Assembly: GCA_034670305.1 (NCBI GenBank)
Contig: JAXMNT010000019.1
Location: forward strand, 73,015 to 137,014
Reading direction: 5' to 3'
Length of the DNA stretch: 64,000 bases
DNA from: Deltaproteobacteria bacterium
GTDB lineage: Bacteria; Myxococcota_A; Polyangia; Polyangiales; Houyiibacteriaceae
Below are positions 41,182 through 52,738 of the stretch, in pieces; position 1 is the first letter of the stretch, and every line of letters starts with the position of its first letter. The notes under the pieces were generated by a model. It had not been told where the DNA came from. It saw only the letters and a program-made list of their open reading frames with translations, and did not search any database. A program made the translations under genes and the position numbers.

Positions 41182-42537
41182 ATGGACGCGGCTCAACTCA
41201 AAGACATCTTCGCAGAACGCGGCATCCGCAAAGTCAAAGTCGGCGGATTCGACGTCGACGGCCTGCTTCGCGGCAAACTCATCTCGCTCGAGAAGTTCTG
41301 GTCCTCCGTCGAGAAGGGGTTCGGCTTCTGCGACGTCATCTTCGGCTGGGACATCGGCGACGTGCTCTACGACAACGCCACCGTCACCGGCTGGGCGACG
41401 GGCTACCCGGACGCGCTCGCGAAGATCGATCTCTCGACCTTCCGGGTGCTCCCCTACGAACCCGACACGGCGTGTTTTCTCGTCGACTTCTACCGGGCCG
41501 ACGATCAGAAGCCGCACCCGGCCTGTCCGCGCAACCTGCTCAAGCGCATCGCCGCCCGAGGAGAGAGCGCGGGCTACCATGCCACCTTCGCGTGCGAGCT
41601 CGAGTTCTGGGTCTTTCGCGAGTCTCCGGAGTCGCTTCGCGAGAAACGCTTCGGGGACCTCAAGCCGCTGAGCCCGGGCATGTTCGGGTACTCGTGGTTG
41701 CGCGAAGGCCAGTACGCGCCGCTGGTGCACGACCTGCTCGACACCTGCACGGCGTTCGACATCGAGGTCGAGGGGTTTCACACCGAGACCGGCCCCGGGG
41801 TGTGGGAAGCCGCGATTCGCTACGACGACGTCGTGCGCGCGGCCGACAAAGCCGCGCTCTTCAAGACGGTCGTCAAGCAGGTCTGCAGCCGGCACGACCT
41901 GAGCGTGACGTTCATGGCGAAGTGGAACGCGGCGCTGCCCGGATCGAGCGGCCACCTGCATCAGTCGCTCTGGGACGGCTCGGGCAAGACCAACCACTTC
42001 GCAGACAAGAAGGGCGGGCTGAGCGACATCGGCAAACGCTACGTCGCGGGTTTGGTCCGAACCGCACCCGAGCTCACCGCGCTCTACGCCCCCTTCATCA
42101 ACTCGTACCGGCGGTACGTGCCGGGCATGTGGGCCCCGCTCACGTCCAGCTGGGGCATCGAGAACCGCACCTGCAGCGTGCGGGTCATCGGCGGCCCGCC
42201 GAGTTCGGCAGTGCGCGCGGAACTGCGCCAGACCGCCGCCGACCTCAACCCCTACATCGCCATGGCGACCGCGCTCGCGGCAGGGCTTCACGGCATCGAG
42301 TCCGCGCTCGAGTTGCCCGAGGAGACCAAGGGCGATGCGACCGCATGCGAGAGCGACTTGCACCTGCCGCAGACGCTCCACGAAGCCACCGAGAAGCTCA
42401 AAGCGAGCGACGTCGCCAAGCAGCTGCTCGGCGAGCCGTTCGTCGATCACTACGCGCGCACCCGCGAGTGGGAAGTCCGCCAGGCCCGCAAAGCGGTCAC
42501 GGACTGGGAACTCGCCCGCTACTTCGAGTCGGTCTGA
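41182..42537 (+). CDS. Glutamine synthetase-like ligase (gamma-glutamyl-amine synthetase type)
   Basis: DVDGLLRGK, ELEF, HTETGPGVWE, TFMAKW, GHLHQSL, NSYRR, WGIENRT. Confidence 0.92.
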   Translation: MDAAQLKDIFAERGIRKVKVGGFDVDGLLRGKLISLEKFWSSVEKGFGFCDVIFGWDIGDVLYDNATVTGWATGYPDALAKIDLSTFRVLPYEPDTACFLVDFYRADDQKPHPACPRNLLKRIAARGESAGYHATFACELEFWVFRESPESLREKRFGDLKPLSPGMFGYSWLREGQYAPLVHDLLDTCTAFDIEVEGFHTETGPGVWEAAIRYDDVVRAADKAALFKTVVKQVCSRHDLSVTFMAKWNAALPGSSGHLHQSLWDGSGKTNHFADKKGGLSDIGKRYVAGLVRTAPELTALYAPFINSYRRYVPGMWAPLTSSWGIENRTCSVRVIGGPPSSAVRAELRQTAADLNPYIAMATALAAGLHGIESALELPEETKGDATACESDLHLPQTLHEATEKLKASDVAKQLLGEPFVDHYARTREWEVRQARKAVTDWELARYFESV

Positions 42538-42573
42538 CCGGCGCCTCCTCTGCTGCCCTCTGCTGAGATCACG

Positions 42574-44313
42574 ATGAAACTACCCAAGTTCCTCCGGCCC
42601 GGATTCGTGGGCCGCATCGCCCAACAGCCGATGCGCCTGCCGCGGCTCAAGCCCTACGTGCCGCGGCCCGAAGACCCGACGATCTTCTGGTTCAACAGCG
42701 AGCGCAAAGACATCGTGCGCGAGGTCTCCGACCGCATCACCGCGAAACACTCGGTCGACCGGCGCCGCATGGAGCTCGTGCTCAACGACGCCGCCTACCA
42801 CGAGGTGCGCCGACTCGAGTCCCAGAAGGACGCGGAGTCCAAGGAGCACCTCGGCTACTGGCGCGGGTTGATGCGCCGCATCGCGCGGATGAGCGACGAC
42901 GAAAAACGCGACGCGCTCCGAGACATCGTCTTCCGCATGGCCAACGACGTCGCCGGCAACTTCGATCCGCGCGTCTATCAGCTGAGCAAACACGCGGTGC
43001 CTCGTTTGCTCACGGGCGTCATGCGACCGTCGAGTCTGCCCGAGGTGCTGCCGAGCGGCGAGTCCGAGTCGGTCATCGATCGGCTGCTTCGGGTCGAGGG
43101 CCAAGTGGACCTGCTCAAACGACTCGAGAAGAAGGGCACGCTCGTCTACGTGCCGACCCACTCGAGCAACCTGGATTCCATCGTGCTCGGCCGGGCGCTC
43201 GAAGTCTCCGGGCTGAGCCCCTGCATCTACGGCGCGGGCAAGAACCTGTTCACGAACCCGATCATCTCGTTCTTCATGCACAACCTCGGTGCCTACCGCG
43301 TCGACCGGCGCGTGACCGCGAGTGTCTACAAAGAAGTGCTCAAGCAGTACTCGCAGGTGATGATCGAACGCGGGTACCACTCGCTCTTCTTCCCGGGCGG
43401 CACGCGAAGTCGGAGCAACTTGCTCGAGACCCATCTGAAACTCGGACTCGCGGGTTCGGCCGTGAACGCGTTCTGCAACAACCGGGTCCACGGCGTCGAC
43501 CGCGACGTGTGGTTCGTCCCGACGACGATCAACTACGAGCTCGTGCTCGAAGCCGAGACCCTCATCGAGGACTGGCTCAAGATCGAAGGCAAAGCCCGCT
43601 ACATCATCGACGACGACGAGTTCTCGCGCGTGGATCGCTGGGTGGCGTTCTTCCGCAAGGTGATGGGCCTCGAAGCGGCCTGCGTGATCCGGTTCGGCAC
43701 ACCGGTCGATCCCTTCGGCAACCCTGTCGACGACGATGGACGCTCCATCGCGCCTTCGGGGCACACGATCGATCCCGGCTCTTACGTGCTCCGGGCGGGC
43801 AAGCCGGTGTTCGATGCGGAGCGGGACGCGGCGTACACCAAAGACCTCGGCGACGCGCTCGTGAAACGGTTCCGGGAAGAGACCGTGCTCATGTCCACGA
43901 ACCTCGTCGCGCATGTGCTGTGGCGACGGCTCGTCGCCGCGACGCCCAACATGGATCTGTTCGCGCGCCTCCGCGTGCGCGGAGAGGTGAACGTGTCGCG
44001 CGCTGAGTTGGAAGCGGAGGTGGGCGCGCTTCGAGACCGGTTGCTGGAACTCGAAGCGGAGGGCGCGACGCGATTGAATCAGTCGCTGCACGACGACACC
44101 GCAGAAGAACTCGTCACGCGTGCCCTGAGCGTGTGGGACGGCTACCACACCCGGCAGCCGGCCAAGAACCTCGGCGTCGACATCACCGCGGACGATCCAG
44201 CGATGTTGCTCTACTACCAGAACCGGCTCGGGCCGCTGGCGCCCGACGTGGTGACCGAAGAGTGCCACGTGGAAGCCGCGCGCGAGATCGGAACGCTGGG
44301 GGCGGTTCGATGA
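42574..44313 (+). CDS. Glycerol-3-phosphate/DHAP acyltransferase-like protein (PlsB/PlsC superfamily)
   Basis: HSSNLD (HX4D), AGKNL, GAYRVDR, FFPGGTRSRS. Confidence 0.85.
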   Translation: MKLPKFLRPGFVGRIAQQPMRLPRLKPYVPRPEDPTIFWFNSERKDIVREVSDRITAKHSVDRRRMELVLNDAAYHEVRRLESQKDAESKEHLGYWRGLMRRIARMSDDEKRDALRDIVFRMANDVAGNFDPRVYQLSKHAVPRLLTGVMRPSSLPEVLPSGESESVIDRLLRVEGQVDLLKRLEKKGTLVYVPTHSSNLDSIVLGRALEVSGLSPCIYGAGKNLFTNPIISFFMHNLGAYRVDRRVTASVYKEVLKQYSQVMIERGYHSLFFPGGTRSRSNLLETHLKLGLAGSAVNAFCNNRVHGVDRDVWFVPTTINYELVLEAETLIEDWLKIEGKARYIIDDDEFSRVDRWVAFFRKVMGLEAACVIRFGTPVDPFGNPVDDDGRSIAPSGHTIDPGSYVLRAGKPVFDAERDAAYTKDLGDALVKRFREETVLMSTNLVAHVLWRRLVAATPNMDLFARLRVRGEVNVSRAELEAEVGALRDRLLELEAEGATRLNQSLHDDTAEELVTRALSVWDGYHTRQPAKNLGVDITADDPAMLLYYQNRLGPLAPDVVTEECHVEAAREIGTLGAVR

Positions 44314-45248
44314 GCGGGCGCACACTGAACGTCGGGGTGCTCGGGGGCGGCGGCTTCGGCCGCGCCATCGCCGCGGCCGCCGTACGCAATGGACACGAGG
44401 TGTTGCTTTGGAGCCGGCGCGCGGCGGACATGAAGGGCACCACCGCGGTGACGCACCTCGCGGAGCTCGCCGCCAACGACGTGACGTTCTTCGCGGTGCC
44501 GTCTCCGTACGTCGAAGACCTCGCGAAGGAACTCGGCGCCCATCTCGATGGACGCCATCAACTGGTGCACGTGAGCCGCGGCCTGGTCGGAGACGACCTC
44601 GAACCGATCTCCCAGGTGCTCCGCCGCGTGACGCCTTGCCGCCGCATGGGCGCGCTCGCAGGACCACTCGTCGCCGAGGCGCTCGCCGACGGGAGCCCGA
44701 GTGGCGCCATCCTCGGCAGCCGCTTTCGCGAGGTCTCCGACACCGTGCGGCTTGCGATCGGAAGTCCGAAGCTGCGGGTGTACGACTCGCGCGACATCGT
44801 GGGCGTCGAGTTCGCGTCGGCCATGGTCGGACTGCTCGCGCTCGGGGTCGGCTACGGCCAAGGGGTGGGCGCGGGGCCCGCTTCGCTCGCGGTCTTTCTC
44901 ACCCGCGCCCTGCACGAGGCCGCACGACTCGCGCCTTCGCTCGGCGCCGACCCTGCGACGCTCCAAGGACTGGCCGGCGTCGGCGACCTGCTCGCGGTGG
45001 TCGCTGGCGACGATCGTCCGGAGATCCTCCTCGGGCGCGCCATGGCCCAGGGCAAGACGCTCGCCGACGCGGCGTCGACGGCCGGAACCCACATCGAAGG
45101 GGTGCAGATCGCGCGCCGCCTGAGCGCACACGCGCGCCGGTTGCAACTGCCGGCCCCGATCACCGACACCTTGGTGGGCGTCATCGAGGGCATGAGCGCG
45201 GAAAAGGCGATGCAGGCCCTCATGGCGCGGGACGTCGGGACAGAGTAG
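44310..45248 (+). CDS. NAD(P)H-dependent glycerol-3-phosphate dehydrogenase-like protein, catalytic motifs degenerate
   Basis: GGGGFG Rossmann, DIVGVE, GLAGVGDL, IEGV; lacks KN and SRN. Confidence 0.8.
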   Translation: MSGRTLNVGVLGGGGFGRAIAAAAVRNGHEVLLWSRRAADMKGTTAVTHLAELAANDVTFFAVPSPYVEDLAKELGAHLDGRHQLVHVSRGLVGDDLEPISQVLRRVTPCRRMGALAGPLVAEALADGSPSGAILGSRFREVSDTVRLAIGSPKLRVYDSRDIVGVEFASAMVGLLALGVGYGQGVGAGPASLAVFLTRALHEAARLAPSLGADPATLQGLAGVGDLLAVVAGDDRPEILLGRAMAQGKTLADAASTAGTHIEGVQIARRLSAHARRLQLPAPITDTLVGVIEGMSAEKAMQALMARDVGTE

Positions 45249-45257
45249 GAGATCGGG

Positions 45258-46436
45258 ATGTCAGACCAGTCAGACGACGCCCCCAAGGTCGTGGCGTGGA
45301 GTTTTCCCACCCGAGTGCTCTTCGGAGTCGGCAGCGCGCAGCGCGTGCCGGAAGAAGCGAAGGCTCTGGGCGCGACCAAAGCCTTCCTCGTCACCGACGA
45401 GGGCGTGCGCCTTGCGGGTCTGGTGGATCCGGTGGCCGAAGCCCTGGCCGAAGCCGGCATCGAATGCACCATCTGTGACTCGATCTCGTCCAACCCACTC
45501 GAATCCGAAGTGCTCGGCGCCGCGGATGCGTTCCGGAAAGCCGGCGCCGATCTGGTGGTCGCCATCGGCGGGGGCAGCCCCCTGGACGTCGGCAAACTGG
45601 TGCGCCTCGCCGCCACCCATCCGATGCCGCTCGCGCAATACGACGACGCGATCGGCGGCGACGCCAAGATCACCGAGCCGGTCCCGCCCATGATTGCCAT
45701 CCCCACCACCGCCGGCACCGGCAGCGAAGTGGGACGCAGCGGCGTCGTGACGTTGCAGGCGACCAACCGCAAGACAGTGATCTTCGCGCCCAAGCTGATG
45801 CCGAACGTGGCGATCCTCGATCCCAAGATGACCGAGACCATGCCCCCGCGGACGACCGCTGCGACCGGCATCGACGCACTCACCCACTGCATCGAAGCCT
45901 ATTGCGCGCTCGGCGATCATCCGATGGCCGATGCGATCGCGCTCGAAGGCATCGCGTTGATCCACAAGCACCTCGAGAACGCGGTCCGCGACGGCAAAGA
46001 TCTCGACGCGCGCGGCGGCATGCTCAAGGCCGCCATGATGGGTGCGGTCGCGTTCCAGAAGGGCCTCGGCGCGTGTCATTCGCTCGCCCACCCGCTCAGC
46101 GCCGAGCACCACATGCACCACGGCCTCGCCAACGCGCTGTGTCTGCCGGCCGTGCTCGACTTCAACCGCAGCGCGGTGCCCAACAAGATCGCGGTGGTCG
46201 CTCGGCTCCTCGGTGCCCGGGGTGGCGACCAAGAGACCTTGGCGTTCGAGTGCGCCGGCGCCGTCCGCGCCCTTCGCAAGAAGGTGGGCCTGCCCGATGG
46301 GCTCGAGGCCGGTGAGATCCCTGAGGACGACCTCGAGCGCCTGGCCGGTCTCGCGTTCGAAGACGTCTGCCACACGATGAACCCCCGCCCCTGCACGGTC
46401 GACGACCTGCTCTCGCTGTACAAAGCGTCGTTCTAG
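45258..46436 (+). CDS. Iron-containing alcohol dehydrogenase
   Basis: GGGSPLD, IPTTAGTGSE, DALTHCIE, HSLAH, HHG. Confidence 0.95.
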   Translation: MSDQSDDAPKVVAWSFPTRVLFGVGSAQRVPEEAKALGATKAFLVTDEGVRLAGLVDPVAEALAEAGIECTICDSISSNPLESEVLGAADAFRKAGADLVVAIGGGSPLDVGKLVRLAATHPMPLAQYDDAIGGDAKITEPVPPMIAIPTTAGTGSEVGRSGVVTLQATNRKTVIFAPKLMPNVAILDPKMTETMPPRTTAATGIDALTHCIEAYCALGDHPMADAIALEGIALIHKHLENAVRDGKDLDARGGMLKAAMMGAVAFQKGLGACHSLAHPLSAEHHMHHGLANALCLPAVLDFNRSAVPNKIAVVARLLGARGGDQETLAFECAGAVRALRKKVGLPDGLEAGEIPEDDLERLAGLAFEDVCHTMNPRPCTVDDLLSLYKASF

Positions 46437-46454
46437 CCAGTCGGCCATCGCCAG

Positions 46455-46600
46455 GACTCAGCGGCAGCAGACTCCGCGGCAGCACCAGACTCAGTGGCAG
46501 CTTCAGACTCAGCGGCAGCAGCAGACTCAGCGGCAGCAGCAGACTCAGCGGCAGCTTCAGACTCAGCGGCAGCAGCAGACTCAGCGGCAGCAGCAGACTC
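46455..46600. repeat. 18-bp tandem repeat (GACTCAGCGGCAGCAGCA), about 8 units
   Basis: Read directly; between convergent genes. Confidence 0.9.
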
Positions 46601-46656
46601 GAGCCCTCGCCGAGCGGGTCTGGACAACCTTCTTCATCCTGGCCAATCGAGCTCGC

Positions 46657-47637
46657 TCAACGGGCATACGCGTTCTGCCACGAGCGCTCGAAGGTCGTTC
46701 CTGGCTCGAGTGGCTCGTCGACCAGGACAGAACTCTTGAGTTCGCAGTGACGGACCTGCTCGAAGGTGTAGTCGACGCTCAGTCGCACCTGCATCGGGGC
46801 GTCGGGGTCGTCTCGGTCCAGCAGTTCGTAGAACTCGCACGAGTCACCCACGACCGCAAAACACCTTGACCAACTCTTGGCGAGGATGTGGTCGAGTACA
46901 CCAGCGGCCTGAGCCCGCGACGCGTCCTCGGCCGTGAGCGCGGAGCGGTTGACGGCAGCCGCCGATTGCGCGGCCGCGATCCCAGAAGACACCCGCCGAA
47001 TCAGCTGGATGGGACTTAGGCCGGCCATTGGGATGTGGCTCACGTCGATGTCGATCCCACCAAGGGTCGAGATGTACAACAGGTCCGCCCCGAGTCCGGC
47101 CACGAGTCCACCCGCCACCTGAAAGATGCGCGCGATGCCCCGAAAGAGCCCGCGGCGCTCGCGTGGCGCCGTCCGTGCGCGCTCCTCCCGAGCTTCCAGT
47201 TCCGCTTGGAGTGCCGCTGCGGCTTCTTCGCGCCCGTCGAGCCGGAGCCAGTCCACCGGCCCATCGAATCGATGAACGGGCGCGTCGCGCACCGTCAGCC
47301 AAGAACCCGCGCTGGCGGAGGGAATCGCGTTCACGGTGATCTTGGTGTGCATCAACACCGTCTCGCCGCTCGCCATGCGCGCCGGTACGTACCCGAGGGT
47401 GTCCTGCAGCTGCGCCTGGGAAAGGACGGTCGCTTCGAAGACGATGTCGGTGTGCTGGGCCAGCGCGGTCGCGAGTGGGGGTGCCTGGTGGTCCCAGACC
47501 TCTTTGAAGAACGGCGGATCGTCGAGGTCGTCGTACGCCACCTCGCACGCGTCGTCGAACCGCTCCGCGACCACGAGTTCAGACAGGGTCGGGCCACACC
47601 CGAGCAAACACACCACCACCAGGAATGTGCGAATCAT
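46657..47637 (-). CDS. Hypothetical lipoprotein
   Basis: [14 protein letters not shown] lipobox. Confidence 0.7.
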   Translation of the reverse strand: MIRTFLVVVCLLGCGPTLSELVVAERFDDACEVAYDDLDDPPFFKEVWDHQAPPLATALAQHTDIVFEATVLSQAQLQDTLGYVPARMASGETVLMHTKITVNAIPSASAGSWLTVRDAPVHRFDGPVDWLRLDGREEAAAALQAELEAREERARTAPRERRGLFRGIARIFQVAGGLVAGLGADLLYISTLGGIDIDVSHIPMAGLSPIQLIRRVSSGIAAAQSAAAVNRSALTAEDASRAQAAGVLDHILAKSWSRCFAVVGDSCEFYELLDRDDPDAPMQVRLSVDYTFEQVRHCELKSSVLVDEPLEPGTTFERSWQNAYAR

Positions 47638-47733
47638 GCGGGGAGGGTCGCCGCTCCGCCGCGTCGCGCCAACCTCTTTCACACCCACGACCCGCTGCCC
47701 TTGCGGCGCGAGAAAAAAGTCGGAGAGTGGAGT

Positions 47734-47985
47734 GTGTTTCGGTGGCTCGCACTTCAGCTGATCAAACTGTACTGGTGGACGCTCTCGCCCCTGCTTGGCG
47801 AGGTCTGCCGGTTCGAACCGTCTTGCAGCCGGTACACGGCGGTGTGCATCGAGCGGTTCGGAGCCGCGAAGGGATCCTGGCTCGGTGCCAAGCGGATCTG
47901 CCGCTGTCATCCGTGGGCGGCGGGTGGCTTCGATCCACCACCCGACACACTCGAGAAGGCGGAACCCTCGGGCGCAGAAGGTTAG
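47734..47985 (+). CDS. yidD: Membrane protein insertion efficiency factor
   Basis: [17 protein letters not shown]...[13 protein letters not shown]. Confidence 0.92.
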   Translation: MFRWLALQLIKLYWWTLSPLLGEVCRFEPSCSRYTAVCIERFGAAKGSWLGAKRICRCHPWAAGGFDPPPDTLEKAEPSGAEG

Positions 47986-48494
47986 AAGACCCAGCCCCAG
48001 TTCAGCTGCAACACGACGTCCAGCTGCACGCGGCGCACCTGGCCGTACACCCGCCAGTCCGCGCGAATGCCGAGCCCGCCCCCGAACGAAGAACCACTGT
48101 CGAGCGACCAGGTGGCGCCGAGCAAGATGCTGCCCATGATGCTCGCGTCGCGCACGCTCCGATCCACGTCGAGCAGGACGCGGGTGGCGAGCTCGGACCG
48201 GACGTACGCGCCGCGAAACGGCTGCCCGTAGACGTACGTGTCGAGCCCGGTTCGAACCCCGATCTCAACCCGCTCGGTCCCGACCAGCGGGCCGAACCCG
48301 AGCACGAGCCGGTCATGAAGCTGCAGCTCCAGGTCGACACCGACGAGGGTCGGGCCGGAGCCGCCGGAACCGCTCAGACCGAGACGGGTCTGCGCCTCGG
48401 CTTGGGGCGCACACGCAAAGACGCTTGCCACGAAAAAGAGCCGCGTCGCCCACCAGCGCCACGAGCGACCGGCCGGCTGGCGAGTTCCCCCCAT
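47982..48494 (-). CDS. Putative small outer-membrane beta-barrel protein
   Basis: Signal-like N-terminus (AEA-Q), alternating beta strands, C-terminal WGWVF. Confidence 0.6.
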   Translation of the reverse strand: MGGTRQPAGRSWRWWATRLFFVASVFACAPQAEAQTRLGLSGSGGSGPTLVGVDLELQLHDRLVLGFGPLVGTERVEIGVRTGLDTYVYGQPFRGAYVRSELATRVLLDVDRSVRDASIMGSILLGATWSLDSGSSFGGGLGIRADWRVYGQVRRVQLDVVLQLNWGWVF

Positions 48495-48809
48495 GGAACG
48501 TCGATGTCTCAGACGACCCGTTCTATTCCCGAGCCGCGTACGAATTCGAAGGCACGTCGGCAGCGTGCTGGTTTCTCTGGCTAGCAATCTCATGCTCGAT
48601 GAAGCCGATACGAACGGCACAATGGACATCTTCATCGCCGCCTCGTTCTGACGCATCTGTCCTCATGTGTGGTGCGGGCCAGGCGGACTCTCGGGTGTCG
48701 GGGAGGGGTCGGATTCTGGCCTGGCGACGCGAGCGACGTGGGATGAGCTGTAAGCTCCCGAGGAGTGGCGCGTTGGGATGACGGTCTCCCCGCCTTTCTC
48801 CCAACTGAT

Positions 48810-48891
48810 GCGTGGCGGGCCTACACGGGCATCAACCACGCTCTCCAGAAGCGTGGCGGGCCTACACGGGCATCAACCACGCTCTCCAGAA
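48810..48891. repeat. Perfect 41-bp tandem duplication
   Basis: GCGTGGCGGGCCTACACGGGCATCAACCACGCTCTCCAGAA x2. Confidence 0.95.
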
Positions 48892-48964
48892 CGAAGGCAC
48901 GACGACCATGACCGCCAGCTCGCCACGGCAGGGGACGCCCCGACGACGACGACGACCAGATCGG

Positions 48965-50203
48965 ATGGCGATCCGACTCGGGCGCGTCCCGCTCTTGGTG
49001 GCGATGGCCTTGGCGAGCGGGTGCATCCGCCAGCCGGACTCGTCGCACGGATACGAGACGATTGAGTGCCCGAATGGCGAGCACGGGACCGTGATGATGG
49101 GCTGCCCCGAGCTCGCCCACGAGAGACCCTGCGAAGACCCCGATCACGAGCGCGACGACTGTGAGTCGCCCGAGGAGTCGCCGCCCGACGAGCCGGCCGA
49201 GCCCCAGGAGGTCACCCTGAACGCGCAGTTCGTGGACGACCACTGCGAGGGGATCCCGGGCACGGATCCCTCGGTGCCTCTCTACGTCGCGGTCGACCGC
49301 TTCCTCGGCGAACGGCCGATGCATCGCTGCCGAAGCCCCCTGCCCTGCACGCAGGACGGAGACTGCGGCAACCCCACGCTCACCTGCCAACACAACCAGT
49401 GTCAGGGGGAGACCCTGTGTGCATCCGACGAAGACTGCGAAGGGGTCGGAACCTGCGTCTCGAGCATCCGCGCCGACCACCTCCGCATGCAGCAACGAGA
49501 TTGCCGGGTGGCCGAAGGTGGCTTCCAGGCCAGCGAGCTTCGATGCGGGGGCATCCCGACCTACCGGTATCGCGGTGAACGACGAGCGGGGGCGACCTAT
49601 GACTTGAGCGTCTACTCCGCCGACCTCGACGACCATGAACCACTGACCGAGCTCACCCTGCCGGGGCCGGGTGGCGCCGAGCCACCGCCCTGTCGGGAGG
49701 ACCGTGCCTACCAGCGATCGCTGCCGGGCTTCCCCCGTGGGGGTCTCGCGACGCTGCCAGCCAACCGGGTGCGGCTCCGTCGGACCACCAGCGGCACCCG
49801 GGGAACGAGCAGCTATGGCACGACCTACGAGCTCGTCGTCGATCCCGCCGGCGTGCTGGACCGAGACCTCCCGTTCCGCATTCAACCCTTCCGGACTCCG
49901 CTTCCCTACCTCGGCCGCTTCTTCCCGACGAGCCGCGGCGAGCTCCTTCGCTCCCTGGAGCTGCAAAGAGGGAGGGTCGTGGTCTTGGTCAGTGAGGACG
50001 CCAGCGAACGCCACGTGACCCGATTCAGCCCGTCTGGAGACGGGACCCTCATTTGTCAGCACACGGTCGACTTCAGTGGTGGCATGCAGCTGTCGGGCAC
50101 GCCGGTCGAGTTCACCTGGCGGCGCACTGCAGTGGACGAGACGCACCCCGGTGAGTGCGACAACTCGGACGAAGGCTGGAGCTCCAGCAGCAGCCTCCGA
50201 TAG
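48965..50203 (+). CDS. Cys-rich hypothetical lipoprotein
   Basis: LASGC lipobox; CTQDGDC and CASDEDC repeats; start uncertain. Confidence 0.7.
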   Translation: MAIRLGRVPLLVAMALASGCIRQPDSSHGYETIECPNGEHGTVMMGCPELAHERPCEDPDHERDDCESPEESPPDEPAEPQEVTLNAQFVDDHCEGIPGTDPSVPLYVAVDRFLGERPMHRCRSPLPCTQDGDCGNPTLTCQHNQCQGETLCASDEDCEGVGTCVSSIRADHLRMQQRDCRVAEGGFQASELRCGGIPTYRYRGERRAGATYDLSVYSADLDDHEPLTELTLPGPGGAEPPPCREDRAYQRSLPGFPRGGLATLPANRVRLRRTTSGTRGTSSYGTTYELVVDPAGVLDRDLPFRIQPFRTPLPYLGRFFPTSRGELLRSLELQRGRVVVLVSEDASERHVTRFSPSGDGTLICQHTVDFSGGMQLSGTPVEFTWRRTAVDETHPGECDNSDEGWSSSSSLR

Positions 50204-50227
50204 TCCTGGGCGACAAGGACATAGGAC

Positions 50228-50266
50228 GCCGGCATCGGCGTCGGCATCGGCTTCGGCTTCGGCCTC
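50228..50266. repeat. Short (TCGGCN)n tract
   Basis: Read directly. Confidence 0.8.
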
Positions 50267-50309
50267 CAACTTCAGCAGGCCCGGTGTGCGCACACCCACA
50301 CCTCTCAAT

Positions 50310-50332
50310 AGTTAGAAGTGGTACTTCCAACT
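50310..50332. promoter_or_regulatory. Palindromic putative operator
   Basis: AGTTAGAAGT-GGT-ACTTCCAACT (9 of 10 paired) in AT-rich DNA upstream of the hydrolase. Confidence 0.5.
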
Positions 50333-50371
50333 TTCATGAACCGGGTCGGTGGGCAAGAGGTAGAGGATTCG

Positions 50372-51487
50372 ATGAACCAGCAGACGTTCCAGGTGCCGAT
50401 TGAGACGACGAAGCGACGCCGCTCGCTCGCGCTCCCTCTCATGTTGCTCCTCGTCGGCCTCGGATGCGGGGACGACGATGTCCGGACGCCGGACACCGGT
50501 GGGATGCGCGACGCGGGCGCTGGTCTCGATGCACCCCCCTCGGATGCGCCCGCCTCCGACGCACCCGCCTCCGACGCACCCGCCCCCGACGCGCCGACCC
50601 TCGACGCGGCCGCCGCCGACGCACCACCTGGAACAGACAGCGGACCCAGCACCGGTCCGAGCGCGCCGGGTCCGCACACCGCGACCACCATGGAGGACAC
50701 CGTCATGCGCGCCGGTCGCACCATCCCGGTCGTCGCGTATGTCCCGGACCGCGACGCCGCGCCTCTGGTGGTGTTCTTCCCCGGGTTCCAGCTCGGCTCG
50801 GAGCGCTACGCGGCGCTGTGCGAGCACGTCGCGTCGCACGGGTTCCTCGTCGTGCGGGCCGATCCGCCCGCGTCGTTCACGAGCGCCGACCACGTCGCGA
50901 TGCGGGACGACGCCGTGGCGGTGATCGACTGGGCCATCGCGACGTTCTCTCCGCCGGCCGGGGTCGGCGCCATGGGGCACAGCCTCGGAGGCAAGGTCTC
51001 GACCATGCTGGCGGGCGTCGATGGACGCGTGACCGCGCTCTTCGGCATCGACCCGGTGAACGGCGCCAGCCCCTTCGGCGGATACAACGAGACGATGCCG
51101 GACGTCGTGCCTTCGGTGACGTCGGGCCTCGGCATCGCGGTCGACTTCATCGGCGAGACCACCAACGGCACTGGAGGATCATTCGGCATGGCGTGCGCGC
51201 CGCTCGACCAGAACTACCAGACGTTCTTCGAGGGCTCGACCAGCGCGACCTGGGCCGCAGAACACACCTTCGAGGGCGCCGACCACATGGACTTCGTCTC
51301 CGACACCTCCGGCTGCGGGTTCACCTGCTCGGCCTGCACCGCGGGAAGCGCGGACCCAGCCACGGTGCTGCAAGGCACGTACACCCTCGCGGCGGCGTTC
51401 TTCCTCCGGCACCTCGACGGCGACACCGCGATGGACGCCTTCCTCACCGGAACGCCTCCCACCGGGGTCACCGTTCGGTCCCGGTGA
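50372..51487 (+). CDS. Alpha/beta hydrolase lipoprotein (chlorophyllase/cutinase-like)
   Basis: GLGC-GDDD; EHVASHGF, GHSLGG, IDPV, HMDFV. Confidence 0.88.
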   Translation: MNQQTFQVPIETTKRRRSLALPLMLLLVGLGCGDDDVRTPDTGGMRDAGAGLDAPPSDAPASDAPASDAPAPDAPTLDAAAADAPPGTDSGPSTGPSAPGPHTATTMEDTVMRAGRTIPVVAYVPDRDAAPLVVFFPGFQLGSERYAALCEHVASHGFLVVRADPPASFTSADHVAMRDDAVAVIDWAIATFSPPAGVGAMGHSLGGKVSTMLAGVDGRVTALFGIDPVNGASPFGGYNETMPDVVPSVTSGLGIAVDFIGETTNGTGGSFGMACAPLDQNYQTFFEGSTSATWAAEHTFEGADHMDFVSDTSGCGFTCSACTAGSADPATVLQGTYTLAAAFFLRHLDGDTAMDAFLTGTPPTGVTVRSR

Positions 51488-51505
51488 GAGAAGCCACCGC
51501 CTCCA

Positions 51506-52734
<1,229 letters not shown>

Positions 52735-52738
<4 letters not shown>

